Part shown: in pieces, positions 7,804-16,573 of the stretch
Position numbering within the stretch: the stretch's first letter is position 1
Layout of the letters: every line of letters begins with the position of its first letter
Source of the DNA: Thermoanaerobaculia bacterium
GTDB taxonomy: Bacteria; Acidobacteriota; Thermoanaerobaculia; Multivoradales; UBA5704
Direction: 5' to 3'
Length of the DNA: 47,806 nucleotides
NCBI GenBank assembly: GCA_046714475.1
Contig: JBKKAU010000178.1
Span: forward strand, 1 to 47,806
The notes under the pieces: model-generated
Seen by the model: only the letters and a program-made list of their open reading frames with translations
Told to the model about the DNA's origin: nothing
The model's database searches: none
Program-made: the position numbers and the translations under genes

Positions 7804-9777
7804 ATGCCCGCGCCCCGCAAGCCGCACGCTCGGAAACCTGAAGAATTCGCTGAATCGGCGGACGGTCTCCGCGGCGAGATCGAACGGCTCGGAGCGCCGC
7901 GCGCCGCGGTGGACCTCGCCGGAGCCGCGGCGATGAAGCCCGAAGCCGCGGCGCGGCCGTTCGACCGGCCGGGATGGATCTTCGAGCTCAAGTACGACGG
8001 CTTCCGGCTGCTCGCGGCGCGGCAGCCAGACGGTGAAGTAAAGCTCTCGTACCGCAGCGGCAAGGACGCCACCCGGATCCTCCCCGAGATCGTGCGCGCG
8101 GTCGCGGCGCTGCCCTGCGAGTCGCTGGTCCTCGACGGCGAGGTGGTCGTCCTCGACGAGTCCGGGCGCCCGAGCTTCCAGCGGCTGCAGCGCCGGGCGC
8201 TGCGCACGCGCTCCCTGGACGCCGAGCACGCGGCGGTCGCGAACCCGGCGGCGTTCATCGTCTTCGACCTTCTGGAGTGCGAGGGCTTCGACCTGCGGCC
8301 GCTGCCGCTCCTCACCCGCAAGTCGATCCTGCGCCGCATCCTGCCCGCGTCCGGGCCGCTCCGCTATCTGGACCACATTGAGGAGCGCGGCAGGGACCTC
8401 TACGCGGCGGTGGCGGAGATGGGGCTGGAGGGGATCGTCGCCAAGCGGGCGGACTCTCCCTACCGCGCCGGGTATTCGGCCGACTGGCTCAAGGTCCGCG
8501 TCGACCGCTCCGGCGACTTCGCGGTGGTCGGCTTCAACCCCGGCCCGGGGGGCTTCCGCAAGCTGCATCTGGCCGTCCGCGAGGGCGGGCGGCTCGCCTA
8601 CATCGGGACCGTGGGTACGGGCTTCGGCAACGACGAGATGCGGGAGATCCGCGCCCGTCTGGAGCCGGCCCGCCGCGCCCGGCCGCCCGCCGAAGGGGCT
8701 CCCGCGGGACGCGGAACCGTGTGGGTGGAGCCCGACCTGGTCTGCGAGGTCCGTTTCAAGGAGTGGACCGAAGGGGGGCACCTGCGGCACCCGGTGTTCC
8801 TGCGGCTGCGCGACGACAAGACGGTGGAGGAGTGCCTCACCCCGGAATTCGCGCCGGAGCCGGAGGAACAGCCGGAGCTGCCAGCGGCCTCGGGTCCTCC
8901 GCAGCTCACCAACCTGGACAAGGTCTTCTGGCCGGAGGAGGGCTACACCAAGGGGGACCTGATCGACTACTACCGCGCGGTCTCCCCCTGGCTCCTGCCT
9001 CTTTTCAAGGACCGCCCGCTCGTCCTCGACCGCTACCCGAACGGCATCCACGGCAAGTCGTTCTTCCAGAAGAACGCCCCCGCCGGCGCCGCCGGCAGAT
9101 TGCGGACCGTGGCCATCCGGGCGGAGGGGTCGCAGCGCGACATCGAGTACTTCCTGTGCGACGACGAGGAGGCGCTGCTCTACCTCGTGAACCTCGGGGT
9201 CATCCCGTTCCACGTCTGGTCGAGCCGCGTGCCGTCGCTCGACCGGCCGGACTGGTGCATCCTCGACCTCGATCCCAAAGGGGCGCCCTTCCCGGACGTC
9301 GTCCGCATCGCCCGCGAGATCCGCGCCCTGTGCGAGGAGATCGAGCTGGAGAGCTTCATCAAGACCAGCGGCGGCAGCGGGCTCCACATCCTGTTGCCGA
9401 TGGGTGGGCAGCTCGCCCACGAGCCGGTGCGGCAGCTCGCCGAGCTGATGGCGCAGGTGATCGTCCGCCGGCTGCCGCGGATCGCGACGACCGCGCGCTC
9501 GATCGCCGCGCGCGGCGGCAAGGTCTACGTCGACGCGCTCCAGAACGGCCGCGGCAAGCTCCTGGCCGCCCCTTACAGCGTCCGCCCGCGGCCGGGCGCG
9601 CCTGTCTCGACGCCGCTGCGCTGGAACGAGGTGGGCCCCCGCCTCGACGTCGGCAAGCTCAATATCCGGACCGTCCCCCAGCGCCTGCGCAAGATGGGGG
9701 AGGACCCTCTCCTGCCCGTGCTGAGCCACCAGCCCGACCTGGCCCGCAGCCTGGCGCTGTTGATGGACCTCGTCTGA
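7804..9777 (+). CDS. ligD: ATP-dependent DNA ligase LigD, ligase domain plus polymerase/primase domain; no phosphoesterase domain recognised
   Basis: Ligase motif I is WIFELKYDGFR. C-terminal PolDom signature: LTNLDKVFWPEEGYTKGDLIDYY..., ILDLDP, SGGSGLHILLP. Confidence 0.9.
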   Translation: MPAPRKPHARKPEEFAESADGLRGEIERLGAPRAAVDLAGAAAMKPEAAARPFDRPGWIFELKYDGFRLLAARQPDGEVKLSYRSGKDATRILPEIVRAVAALPCESLVLDGEVVVLDESGRPSFQRLQRRALRTRSLDAEHAAVANPAAFIVFDLLECEGFDLRPLPLLTRKSILRRILPASGPLRYLDHIEERGRDLYAAVAEMGLEGIVAKRADSPYRAGYSADWLKVRVDRSGDFAVVGFNPGPGGFRKLHLAVREGGRLAYIGTVGTGFGNDEMREIRARLEPARRARPPAEGAPAGRGTVWVEPDLVCEVRFKEWTEGGHLRHPVFLRLRDDKTVEECLTPEFAPEPEEQPELPAASGPPQLTNLDKVFWPEEGYTKGDLIDYYRAVSPWLLPLFKDRPLVLDRYPNGIHGKSFFQKNAPAGAAGRLRTVAIRAEGSQRDIEYFLCDDEEALLYLVNLGVIPFHVWSSRVPSLDRPDWCILDLDPKGAPFPDVVRIAREIRALCEEIELESFIKTSGGSGLHILLPMGGQLAHEPVRQLAELMAQVIVRRLPRIATTARSIAARGGKVYVDALQNGRGKLLAAPYSVRPRPGAPVSTPLRWNEVGPRLDVGKLNIRTVPQRLRKMGEDPLLPVLSHQPDLARSLALLMDLV

Positions 9778-9805
9778 AAACAAAAGCGGCACCCGGAGGT
9801 GCCGC
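9777..9805 (-). terminator. Rho-independent terminator for the BNR-repeat gene (possibly bidirectional, also just after ligD)
   Basis: GCGGCACC-cgga-GGTGCCGC stem. On the minus strand it is followed by TTTTGTTTT. Confidence 0.6.
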
Positions 9806-9860
9806 GATAGATCATCGGAAAGCGGCCCCCTCGGGAGAGAGCCGCGCAGTGGAGAAGCGT

Positions 9861-12449
9861 TTACGGCACGCAGGCGGTGACGGCCACGTCGTCGAGGAAC
9901 CAGCCATCGTCCACCACCGTGCAGTCGGTGATCGCGGTGAAGCCGACCCGCACCGACTGGCCGGCGCAGCCGCCCGTGCCACCGGTCGCCAGGTTGCAGA
10001 CCGCGTCCAGATTGATGACCGTGTTAACGAACGAGGTCGCAGCGCCGGTGAAGACCGAGATGCCGCCGGCGCCCGCGGGCGGGCAGGAGGTGCTGGTCGT
10101 GCCGTTGTAGCTGCTGCCGGAGACGATGGACGACGCCGGCGCGTAGAAGTAGTTGGTGCCGTTGACCGACACGGTCACGGTGCCGCCGTCGTAGCCGGTC
10201 TCGAACCGCCGCCGGTGCCAGAAGGACAGGCGGGTGGTCGTGGCGCCGGCCGGCACGGCGATGCCGGTCGTGCCGTTCGGTTGGGCGAAGGCGAAGCGGC
10301 CGTTGCCGTAATCGGTCGTGCAGCCGGTGTTGCCGAAGCGGAAGATGTTGCTGCCGGTCCGGGCGGTGCAGGTCTGGACGCCGCGCCAATCGACGGTGCT
10401 GCCGCCGGAGACGAACGTGCCGGTGCCCCAGCCGGCCAGCCCCGTGGAGGTCTCGAAGCCGTTGCTGTAGAACGTCTGCGTGGTGCAGCCGACGCAGACC
10501 GACGTGGTCGCCGTGGCCTGGCTCGAGTTGATCGATTCGCAGCCGTTGAAAGCCCGTACCACGTAGAAATAGGCGGTATTGCAGGCCCGTCCGGTGTCCG
10601 AGAACGTCGTGCCGGTGGTCGTGCCGATCTGGGTATAGGGACCGCCGGAGGTGGAGGATCGGAAGACGCGGTACTCGGTGGCGCCGGAGACGCCGGTCCA
10701 CGACAGGTTGACCTGGCTGGAACTGGCCGCAGTGGCGGACAGCCCGGTCGGCGCCGCGGGCGCCGTGCACGAGCCGCCGGTCTCCTGGACCGCCGCCGTC
10801 CAGATCTCTTCCTTGGCGTTGTTGCGGCGATCGGTCCACACCGGGAAGAAGGTGCCCGCGTAACCCGACATACTGTTGTAGTCGCCGTACTGGTTGCCGG
10901 AGTCGGCGCCGGTGACCGTCTCGTCGGTCTGCGCGGTGGTGACGCGGAACGGGGCGCTCCAACTCGCGCCGTCGTCGAAGGAAGCCTGGTAGTAGACGTG
11001 CGTCTTCTTGCGGGTCGAATCGTCGACCGTGTCGTAATACATGACCGCGATCTGGCCGTTGGTCTCGTCGACCACCAACCAGGGGTTGTACTGATCGTTC
11101 AGGGAAGAGGGGTTGTTGATCTTGACCGGGGCGGACCACGTGGTGCCGCCGTTGCTCGAGCGCGAGAACCAGATGCGGGCCTTGCAGCTCGAAGCCGCGT
11201 TCGAGCCCGGCTCGTTGGTGGCGCTGGTGCAGCCGGTCTCGCCCGACAGGTCGGTCCAGGCGGCGTAGGCCATGTCCTTGGTCGACGTCCGGTAGGCGCC
11301 GGCCGTGACATAGATCAGGATGCGGCGGCCGTTGAACGAGGGCACGCCGATGTCATAGCCGTCGAAGGTCGTGGCGATCTGGACCGGAACGCCCCAGCTC
11401 GTGCCGCCGTTGGTCGACTTCGAAACGAGCACCTTGCGGTTGCTGGTAGTCGGCCAGAAGACGAAGGCGTCGCCGAAGCTGTTGGTCTTGACGTCGCAGC
11501 CGATGGCCGTGCCGGTCGACTCCGAGCCGCTCACCTGGATCGGGGTGCTCCAGGTGCCGCTCGGGCCGTTGCGCCGGCTGACGAACTGCGGCAGGCCGTT
11601 GTGCCAGCAGACGTAGATATAGTCCTTGAACGGCGAGGTCGCGCTGTGGTCGACCCACTTGATCTGCTTGTCGGTGTTGGTCTGGGTCCCGGAGACGGTG
11701 CCGGCGAAGGTCCAGGTGGCGCCGCCGTCGCTCGAACGGTAGGACTGGACCTTGAGCGTCGTGCCGGAGGAGTTGATGCCCATCGCGGTTGCCCACGCCG
11801 TGCCGTCCGAGGTCCAGTCGACGGTCGGGTCGGAGTGGAAGGCGTCGCCGGTCTGGAGCGGCAGGAAGCCCTGGCTCCAGGTCGCGCCGCCGTCGCTCGA
11901 CCAGTACTGCGCCTGCTGGCCGTTGCCGCCGATGTTGTTCGACGCGGCGATGATCTTCTGGGTGTTCCAGTAGTTGACCCGGATGTCCGACTCGCTGCGC
12001 GGGTTGAGGGCCGAGCCGGAGATCCTCTGGTTGACGCCGCCGGTCGTGATCTCCTCGACGACGGTGGCGATCCGGGAGCCGCCCTTGGAGTGGCTGGGGT
12101 TGCCCGGCTTGATGTCCTGGTGAGTGATCAGCCACTCGTGGACCTCTTTGAGGACGTGCGGATAGCCGCCGGCCGGGTCGAGGGCGGTATATTCACCCTC
12201 GGGGTGGGCCTTGCGCCAGATCACGCGCAGCCAGGGCGGCACGGGGATGTTGTCATAGGCCTCCTCGGCCCGCAGGAGCTCGAAGTCCTGGTGCTTCCGG
12301 ATCAGCTTTTCGAGCTCGCTGTCCTTCTGGACCTTGTCCTTCTTGAGCTGGTCTTCGACAGACGGCCAGCCGCCGGGCGGGGCGGCAAAGGCCGCGACGG
12401 GCAGGATCAACAGGAGCAATACAATAGAAAGAGACAACTTGCGAATCAT
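9861..12449 (-). CDS. Secreted BNR/Asp-box (sialidase-like beta-propeller) protein with FN3 domain and MAM/choice-of-anchor-J-like C-terminal domain
   Basis: GGAGGAG RBS. Signal peptide MIRKLSLSIVLLLLILPVAAFA. Asp-boxes SSDGGATWS, SSDGGATWT, STNGGTSWG, SSNGGTTWS, FDDGASWS. FN3 (PTGLSATAASSSQVNLSWTGVSGATEYRVFR). Confidence 0.8.
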   Translation of the reverse strand: MIRKLSLSIVLLLLILPVAAFAAPPGGWPSVEDQLKKDKVQKDSELEKLIRKHQDFELLRAEEAYDNIPVPPWLRVIWRKAHPEGEYTALDPAGGYPHVLKEVHEWLITHQDIKPGNPSHSKGGSRIATVVEEITTGGVNQRISGSALNPRSESDIRVNYWNTQKIIAASNNIGGNGQQAQYWSSDGGATWSQGFLPLQTGDAFHSDPTVDWTSDGTAWATAMGINSSGTTLKVQSYRSSDGGATWTFAGTVSGTQTNTDKQIKWVDHSATSPFKDYIYVCWHNGLPQFVSRRNGPSGTWSTPIQVSGSESTGTAIGCDVKTNSFGDAFVFWPTTSNRKVLVSKSTNGGTSWGVPVQIATTFDGYDIGVPSFNGRRILIYVTAGAYRTSTKDMAYAAWTDLSGETGCTSATNEPGSNAASSCKARIWFSRSSNGGTTWSAPVKINNPSSLNDQYNPWLVVDETNGQIAVMYYDTVDDSTRKKTHVYYQASFDDGASWSAPFRVTTAQTDETVTGADSGNQYGDYNSMSGYAGTFFPVWTDRRNNAKEEIWTAAVQETGGSCTAPAAPTGLSATAASSSQVNLSWTGVSGATEYRVFRSSTSGGPYTQIGTTTGTTFSDTGRACNTAYFYVVRAFNGCESINSSQATATTSVCVGCTTQTFYSNGFETSTGLAGWGTGTFVSGGSTVDWRGVQTCTARTGSNIFRFGNTGCTTDYGNGRFAFAQPNGTTGIAVPAGATTTRLSFWHRRRFETGYDGGTVTVSVNGTNYFYAPASSIVSGSSYNGTTSTSCPPAGAGGISVFTGAATSFVNTVINLDAVCNLATGGTGGCAGQSVRVGFTAITDCTVVDDGWFLDDVAVTACVP

Positions 12450-12945
12450 CCTTCTCCTCCGAAAGGTACGACTTTGTTAAGACGGCTTCCCGTCGCGCGG
12501 TCAGACCGTCGTGGGTGACGTCCTCCAGGAACCATCCATCGCCGGACAGAAGGCGTCCGGTGATCGGATCGCGTTGCCAAGCCCGCAGCCGTCACCGAAA
12601 CGGCTGTGTTCTTCGTTGACGGGCAGCGGGTGGCGCAAGCCGGGAAACGCTCGGGTATCCTGCGCTGGTGGCCACACCTCACCCCTCCCCCCGGAGTACC
12701 TTCAGGTACGTCTCGGGGGATCTGCGGAGGGAAGATATGGGATCACTGACTACTAAGGGTGCTCGCCGGCCTCGAAAGCGAGCCTCCCTGGGAGAGGGAA
12801 CGCGGGGATTCTGCCGTACGGGCTTGCCTGTTGGGCCGGGACGACACAAAATACAGCCGCTTCGCGACAACCCGCTCTTCCCTGCCCGCGCGTCGTGGGC
12901 CGTCCTTGGGGGCCGTCACGGGGCCGTCGGCACGGAGGTCTCTGT

Positions 12946-13692
12946 TTGCTGAAGGATTTTCTGCGGAGGGTGAGCCTCTTCCAGGACCTGGAGGAGGAGC
13001 GGTTGGCGCAGCTCACCAGGCTCGTCCAGGAGGAGACCTATCCTTCGCGGCACGTCATCTACCGCGAAGGGGAGGCGGTCGACGCCCTGTACCTGGTGCG
13101 GGAGGGGCTGGTCACCGTGTTCCGCGAGGTGCCCGGCCAGCCGATGGAGATCCTCGCCCGTCTGGAACAGGGCGGGTTCTTCGGCGAGATGGGGCTGCTC
13201 AACGACAAGGCCCGCCGTTTCGCCTCCGCCCGTACCCTTCTGCCCACCACCCTGCTGCGGATCGATAAAAAAGACCTGATCGACCTGCTCTCCGCGAATC
13301 CGGGGCTGGAGCTCAAGCTTCGCGCCGAGGTGATCCGCCGGCACGGCGTGAGCGTCTCCTCCCTGCTCCCCCTGGCGGGCCAGCGGGACGTGCGCATCCG
13401 GCTGGGGGCCGAGGCCCTGGTGGAGCTCCCGGACGGCGGCCGGCAGGTCATGACCCTGGAGAACCTCGCGATCGGCGGCATCGGCCTCTCCGGAGCCCCG
13501 GACGGCTGGCAGCCGGGTCAGCCGGTGCGCTTCACGCTCGGGCACCGCGAGGAGCCGGCGCTGCTTTCGGTCCAGGGGACCGTCACCTGGCGCGAGGGCG
13601 ATGCGGTGGGCATCGCCTTCGACCCCGGGACCGCCGGCAACGCCGCCCTGCTCCACCGGGTGCTGCGCAGCTTTCTCGACGCCAAACGGTAG
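12946..13692 (+). CDS. Cyclic-nucleotide-binding domain fused to a PilZ domain
   Basis: TTG at 12946 lies 7 nt after GGAGG (the track uses GTG 12895). cNMP domain (FQDLEEERL..., FFGEMGLL...ARRFASA). C-terminal PilZ-like (QRDVRIR..., ENLAIGGIG, VQGTVTWREGDAVGIAF). Confidence 0.8.
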   Translation: MLKDFLRRVSLFQDLEEERLAQLTRLVQEETYPSRHVIYREGEAVDALYLVREGLVTVFREVPGQPMEILARLEQGGFFGEMGLLNDKARRFASARTLLPTTLLRIDKKDLIDLLSANPGLELKLRAEVIRRHGVSVSSLLPLAGQRDVRIRLGAEALVELPDGGRQVMTLENLAIGGIGLSGAPDGWQPGQPVRFTLGHREEPALLSVQGTVTWREGDAVGIAFDPGTAGNAALLHRVLRSFLDAKR

Positions 13693-13717
13693 GCCTGAAC
13701 AAAAGGAGGAGAACGGC

Positions 13718-14335
13718 ATGGCCGACGCGGGCAACGCACAGGGGATCGACGTCTCTCATTTCCAAGGCAGCGTCCACTGGCCGTCCGTCCGCCAGGCGGG
13801 GAAGGTCTTCGCCTTCGCCAAGGCGACGGAGGGCCTCACCTACACCGATCCGCAGCTCGCCACCAACTGGGAGGGGATCAAGGCCGCCGGGCTCGTGCGC
13901 GGGGCGTATCACTTCTTCGTGCCGGCGGACGACGCCCTGAGCCAGGCCGAGTACTTCCTCGCGACCGTTCATCTCGCTCCCGGCGATCTGCCGCCGGTCC
14001 TCGACGTCGAGAAGAACACCGGGGTGAGCGCCGCTCAGCTCTGGCAGGGGGTAGGGGTCTGGCTGCGGGAGGTGGAGGCGCGGACCGGCCGGCAGCCGAT
14101 GATCTACGTCGCTCCGGGATTCTGGAACGGCAACTCCCCGGACCTCTCGCTCACTCAATATCCCCTCTGGCTGGCCGACTACGCCACCCAGCCGACGCTT
14201 CCCCATGGCTGGACGGCCTGGCGTTTCTGGCAGTACTCCCAGACCGGGTCGGTCCCCGGCGTCTCCGGCCAGTTCGACCTCGACGAGTTCAACGGCACGG
14301 CCGAGCAGCTGCTGGCGTTCGCGAACGGCGTTTAG
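13718..14335 (+). CDS. GH25 lysozyme (muramidase), no signal peptide
   Basis: AGGAGGAG RBS before ATG 13718. GIDVSHFQGSVHWPSV..., FAFAKATEG, PPVLDVE. It lies 25 nt after the PilZ gene. Confidence 0.85.
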   Translation: MADAGNAQGIDVSHFQGSVHWPSVRQAGKVFAFAKATEGLTYTDPQLATNWEGIKAAGLVRGAYHFFVPADDALSQAEYFLATVHLAPGDLPPVLDVEKNTGVSAAQLWQGVGVWLREVEARTGRQPMIYVAPGFWNGNSPDLSLTQYPLWLADYATQPTLPHGWTAWRFWQYSQTGSVPGVSGQFDLDEFNGTAEQLLAFANGV

Positions 14336-14350
14336 CCTCAGAGCCCCAGT

Positions 14351-14630
14351 GAACGCGGTATCTCCGGCAATTCCACCGCAGCGTCCGTAGATCCACCGCA
14401 TCGTAGCTGGCGGCGCGGTGAATCTGGCGGCGGCGCGGTAGAGCTGTGGACGGCGCGGTGGAGTTCCTGGCGCTGCGGTGGATCTGGAGACGATGCGGTG
14501 TATCCGGAGACTCTACCGCACCGTCTCGAGATCTACCGCAGCGTAACCAGCGGCGCGGTGGATCTGGCGACGGTGCGGTGGAATTCCTGGCGGCGCGGTG
14601 AATCCAGCTCTGGTGCGGTGGACGCCGGGG
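14351..14630. repeat. Array of 14 units with exact 20-bp period; 13-bp core CG(N)(Y)GCGGT(R)GA(W) in mixed orientation (F R R F F F F F R R F F F F)
   Basis: Read directly. GCGGTG/GCGGTA ends at 14360, 14420, 14440, 14460, 14480, 14500, 14560, 14580, 14600 and 14620. The inverted form (C/T)ACCGCA ends at 14380, 14400, 14520 and 14540. A 20-bp period is not a multiple of 3, so it is non-coding. The array lies between convergent gene ends. Confidence 0.9.
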
Positions 14631-14651
14631 AGATGCGAGGGCAGACCTGGT

Positions 14652-15206
14652 TTAGAGCCGGGCGCGGGTCTGCTCGCCGAGCCAGAGGTGATGCCGCTCG
14701 TGGGCGGCGAAAGCGCGCAGAGCGGAGTAGAGGTTGTAGCGGATCCGCGCGTCGAACGGCGAAGTGATCTTCACCTTGTCGATGGCGAGCCCGGCGGCTT
14801 GCGGAAGGAAGCCGACCACCTCGGTCTGCAAGCTGTCGAACTCGCCCAGAACCGTCTCCTTCGGCTCCAGGCTCCCCGGCACAAACTGCGCCGTGGTCTT
14901 GACCTTCACCCGGACCGGCGGCTCCGCCATCCGGCCCAGCAGCCAGCCGACGAAGTCGCGGCGGAACGGTCCGTGGCCGGTGAGGCCGCGCAACCGCGCC
15001 TCCTCGGCCGCCTGGCGGAAGAGGGGGAGATAGGCGCGGGTGGTGAGGTTCAGGTGCGCCACCTGCTCGCCGATCGACCAGCGGCCCGGGTCGGGCCGGT
15101 GCCGCCACTGCTCTTCGGTGAGGCCGTCGGCCAGGCGATGGGCGCGGGCCTGGGCCTCGGCGAGCTCAGTCGCCAGCGATTGGAGCTGCGTCGGCATCGT
15201 GTCCAT
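14652..15206 (-). CDS. DinB-superfamily (DinB_2-like) protein
   Basis: The start MDTMPTQLQS lies after GAGGA. Helical-bundle pattern with conserved His residues (EQVAHLNL..., AAHERHHLW). Confidence 0.8.
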   Translation of the reverse strand: MDTMPTQLQSLATELAEAQARAHRLADGLTEEQWRHRPDPGRWSIGEQVAHLNLTTRAYLPLFRQAAEEARLRGLTGHGPFRRDFVGWLLGRMAEPPVRVKVKTTAQFVPGSLEPKETVLGEFDSLQTEVVGFLPQAAGLAIDKVKITSPFDARIRYNLYSALRAFAAHERHHLWLGEQTRARL

Positions 15207-15636
15207 GGTCCTCAAGGATATCGGAGTCCTGCCGCCTGAGCACGTCAAGCCCGGCCCGTATGGCGAGAGAGTGGCTTTGTCATTCGCGCTGCGTGCCGAC
15301 GAGTTGGCGAGCTAAGGGCTGTGCGAGAGACGCGGTAAAAACTTCTGTCAGTGGAGTTCGGTAAGGTCCTATTAACAGTAGGCGCGGAGCCGCTCGCCGG
15401 CGCGGCTAGGCGGGCGATGGCCTAGCTGGGTGGGACGCGAGGGAAGCAGACCCCTTCATCCTGGTCTTCCACTCCGCCGTCCTTAAGACCCCGCGGTTGC
15501 TGTCGACTGTGCTCCCTGCTAATCACATGAGGGAAGAGGCCTGAGAAGGCGGCCTCTCCGTCCGCGCGAGATTCAGAGCTGAAGCGGGCAGCAACACGTC
15601 GCAATTCGACAGCCCTTTTTCCTTCGTAGCTATTCA

Positions 15637-15885
15637 CTAGATCGGGTTAGGGCACCTAGTCCCATCATAAAAGCGCTTATTCGGATAGTATCCGGAAGGA
15701 CAAGGGTTCACCTCGTAAACACAGCACTGTTCGTACGACGTCTGCACATATACAGTAACTGAGTCGGGGTTGGAGGTCGGGCTTCCCACGCATAGGACCT
15801 TGCAGGTGCCCGTAGAGGACCGGACTGTCGATAGGGCACTGAAGACTAGGGCGGCGCCTAGGACGGAACAACGAATTAGCTTCAT
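15637..15885 (-). CDS. Small secreted Cys-rich protein (82 aa)
   Basis: AAGGA RBS. Sec signal MKLIRCSVLGAALVFSALSTVRS. The mature part has 6 Cys (TCKVLC...QCC...NPC...TRC). Lies in the AT-richer island. Confidence 0.5.
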   Translation of the reverse strand: MKLIRCSVLGAALVFSALSTVRSSTGTCKVLCVGSPTSNPDSVTVYVQTSYEQCCVYEVNPCPSGYYPNKRFYDGTRCPNPI

Positions 15886-16351
15886 AGGTTTCCTTTCAGG
15901 GAACGCCAGAGCCCCATTTTAGCATAGATATAGACCCGAACAGTGGGGCTTGGCCGGCCCCTCGCGCCGGCGAAAAAAGCGACGGTCAACAAGAGCCGGC
16001 AGCAGGACCGGGGCTGTGGCCGGGCTGCAGGCGGCCTGCGTCTCGTCGGCAGCACCTTGCGGCCGGAGCTCGAACGAGCTGAAGGGCTAGGCTCCCTCGG
16101 AGAACGTCCAGTTCTCAGAGGTGCGCCGCGAGCTTTCTAGCGCACTACCAAGCCTAGCCCGCCGGCCGGCGGGCAACTCCTCCTCGGAAAGGGAGGGGGG
16201 ATGCCGGTGCGGAGACTAACGCTGTCCCGAAGAATCTCTGCGATGCACCATGATTGATGAAGGAACTGTGCGAGTGCCACAAGTGCGGGCAGCCGGGCAA
16301 CTTCGGTGGACGGATCCCGCCCCTGGAGTGGGGCAGAAAGGACAGAATGCC

Positions 16352-16573
16352 ATGAAGAGAGGTCGGAGGAGGCTTTCGCTGTCGAAGGAGACTTTAGCTC
16401 GTTTGGGTTCTCGGCACTTGGAGAATGCCGCCGGTGGCCTTGGTAGCTACGTGCCAACTCTGGAAGGTCACTCAAACCTATACTGTGCGTCAGAAGCGCA
16501 GGGTACTTGTAGTGCTGGGAGCGAGGAATGCCACACGTCGGGAGACCCTTGCACTTATACCGTGCGCTGTTAG
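16352..16573 (+). CDS. Candidate precursor peptide with double-glycine type leader and Cys-rich core (73 aa)
   Basis: Internal ATG at 16352 after AAAGGA. Leader MKRGRRRLSLSKETLARLGSRHLENAAGG, then LGSYVPTLEGHSNLYCASEAQGTCSAGSEECHTSGDPCTYTVRC. Confidence 0.45.
   Translation: MKRGRRRLSLSKETLARLGSRHLENAAGGLGSYVPTLEGHSNLYCASEAQGTCSAGSEECHTSGDPCTYTVRC

Noticed and set aside
12737-12952. 72-codon upstream ORF with a strong GGAGGG RBS, ending 4 nt after the TTG start of the cNMP/PilZ gene
   Set aside because: The product is basic and low-complexity. Third-codon positions are not GC-enriched as they are in the real genes here. It is probably non-coding leader sequence.
14351-14630. CRISPR array or oriC/DnaA-box cluster as the explanation for the 20-bp repeats
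   Set aside because: A 13-bp core with 7-bp linkers and mixed orientation is incompatible with CRISPR, and no cas genes are present. Some units contain (A/T)TCCAC, which partly resembles a DnaA box (about 6 of 9 positions). However, there is no dnaA/dnaN context and no AT-rich unwinding element. oriC remains only a remote alternative, testable by GC skew.
15260-15316. Tiny ORFs in the island leader (for example MAREWLCHSRCVPTSWRA) and other ORFs of 61-190 aa in 15040-17715 listed in the track
   Set aside because: They have no RBS, implausible composition, or overlap with better candidates. None shows a signal peptide or a leader-core organisation.
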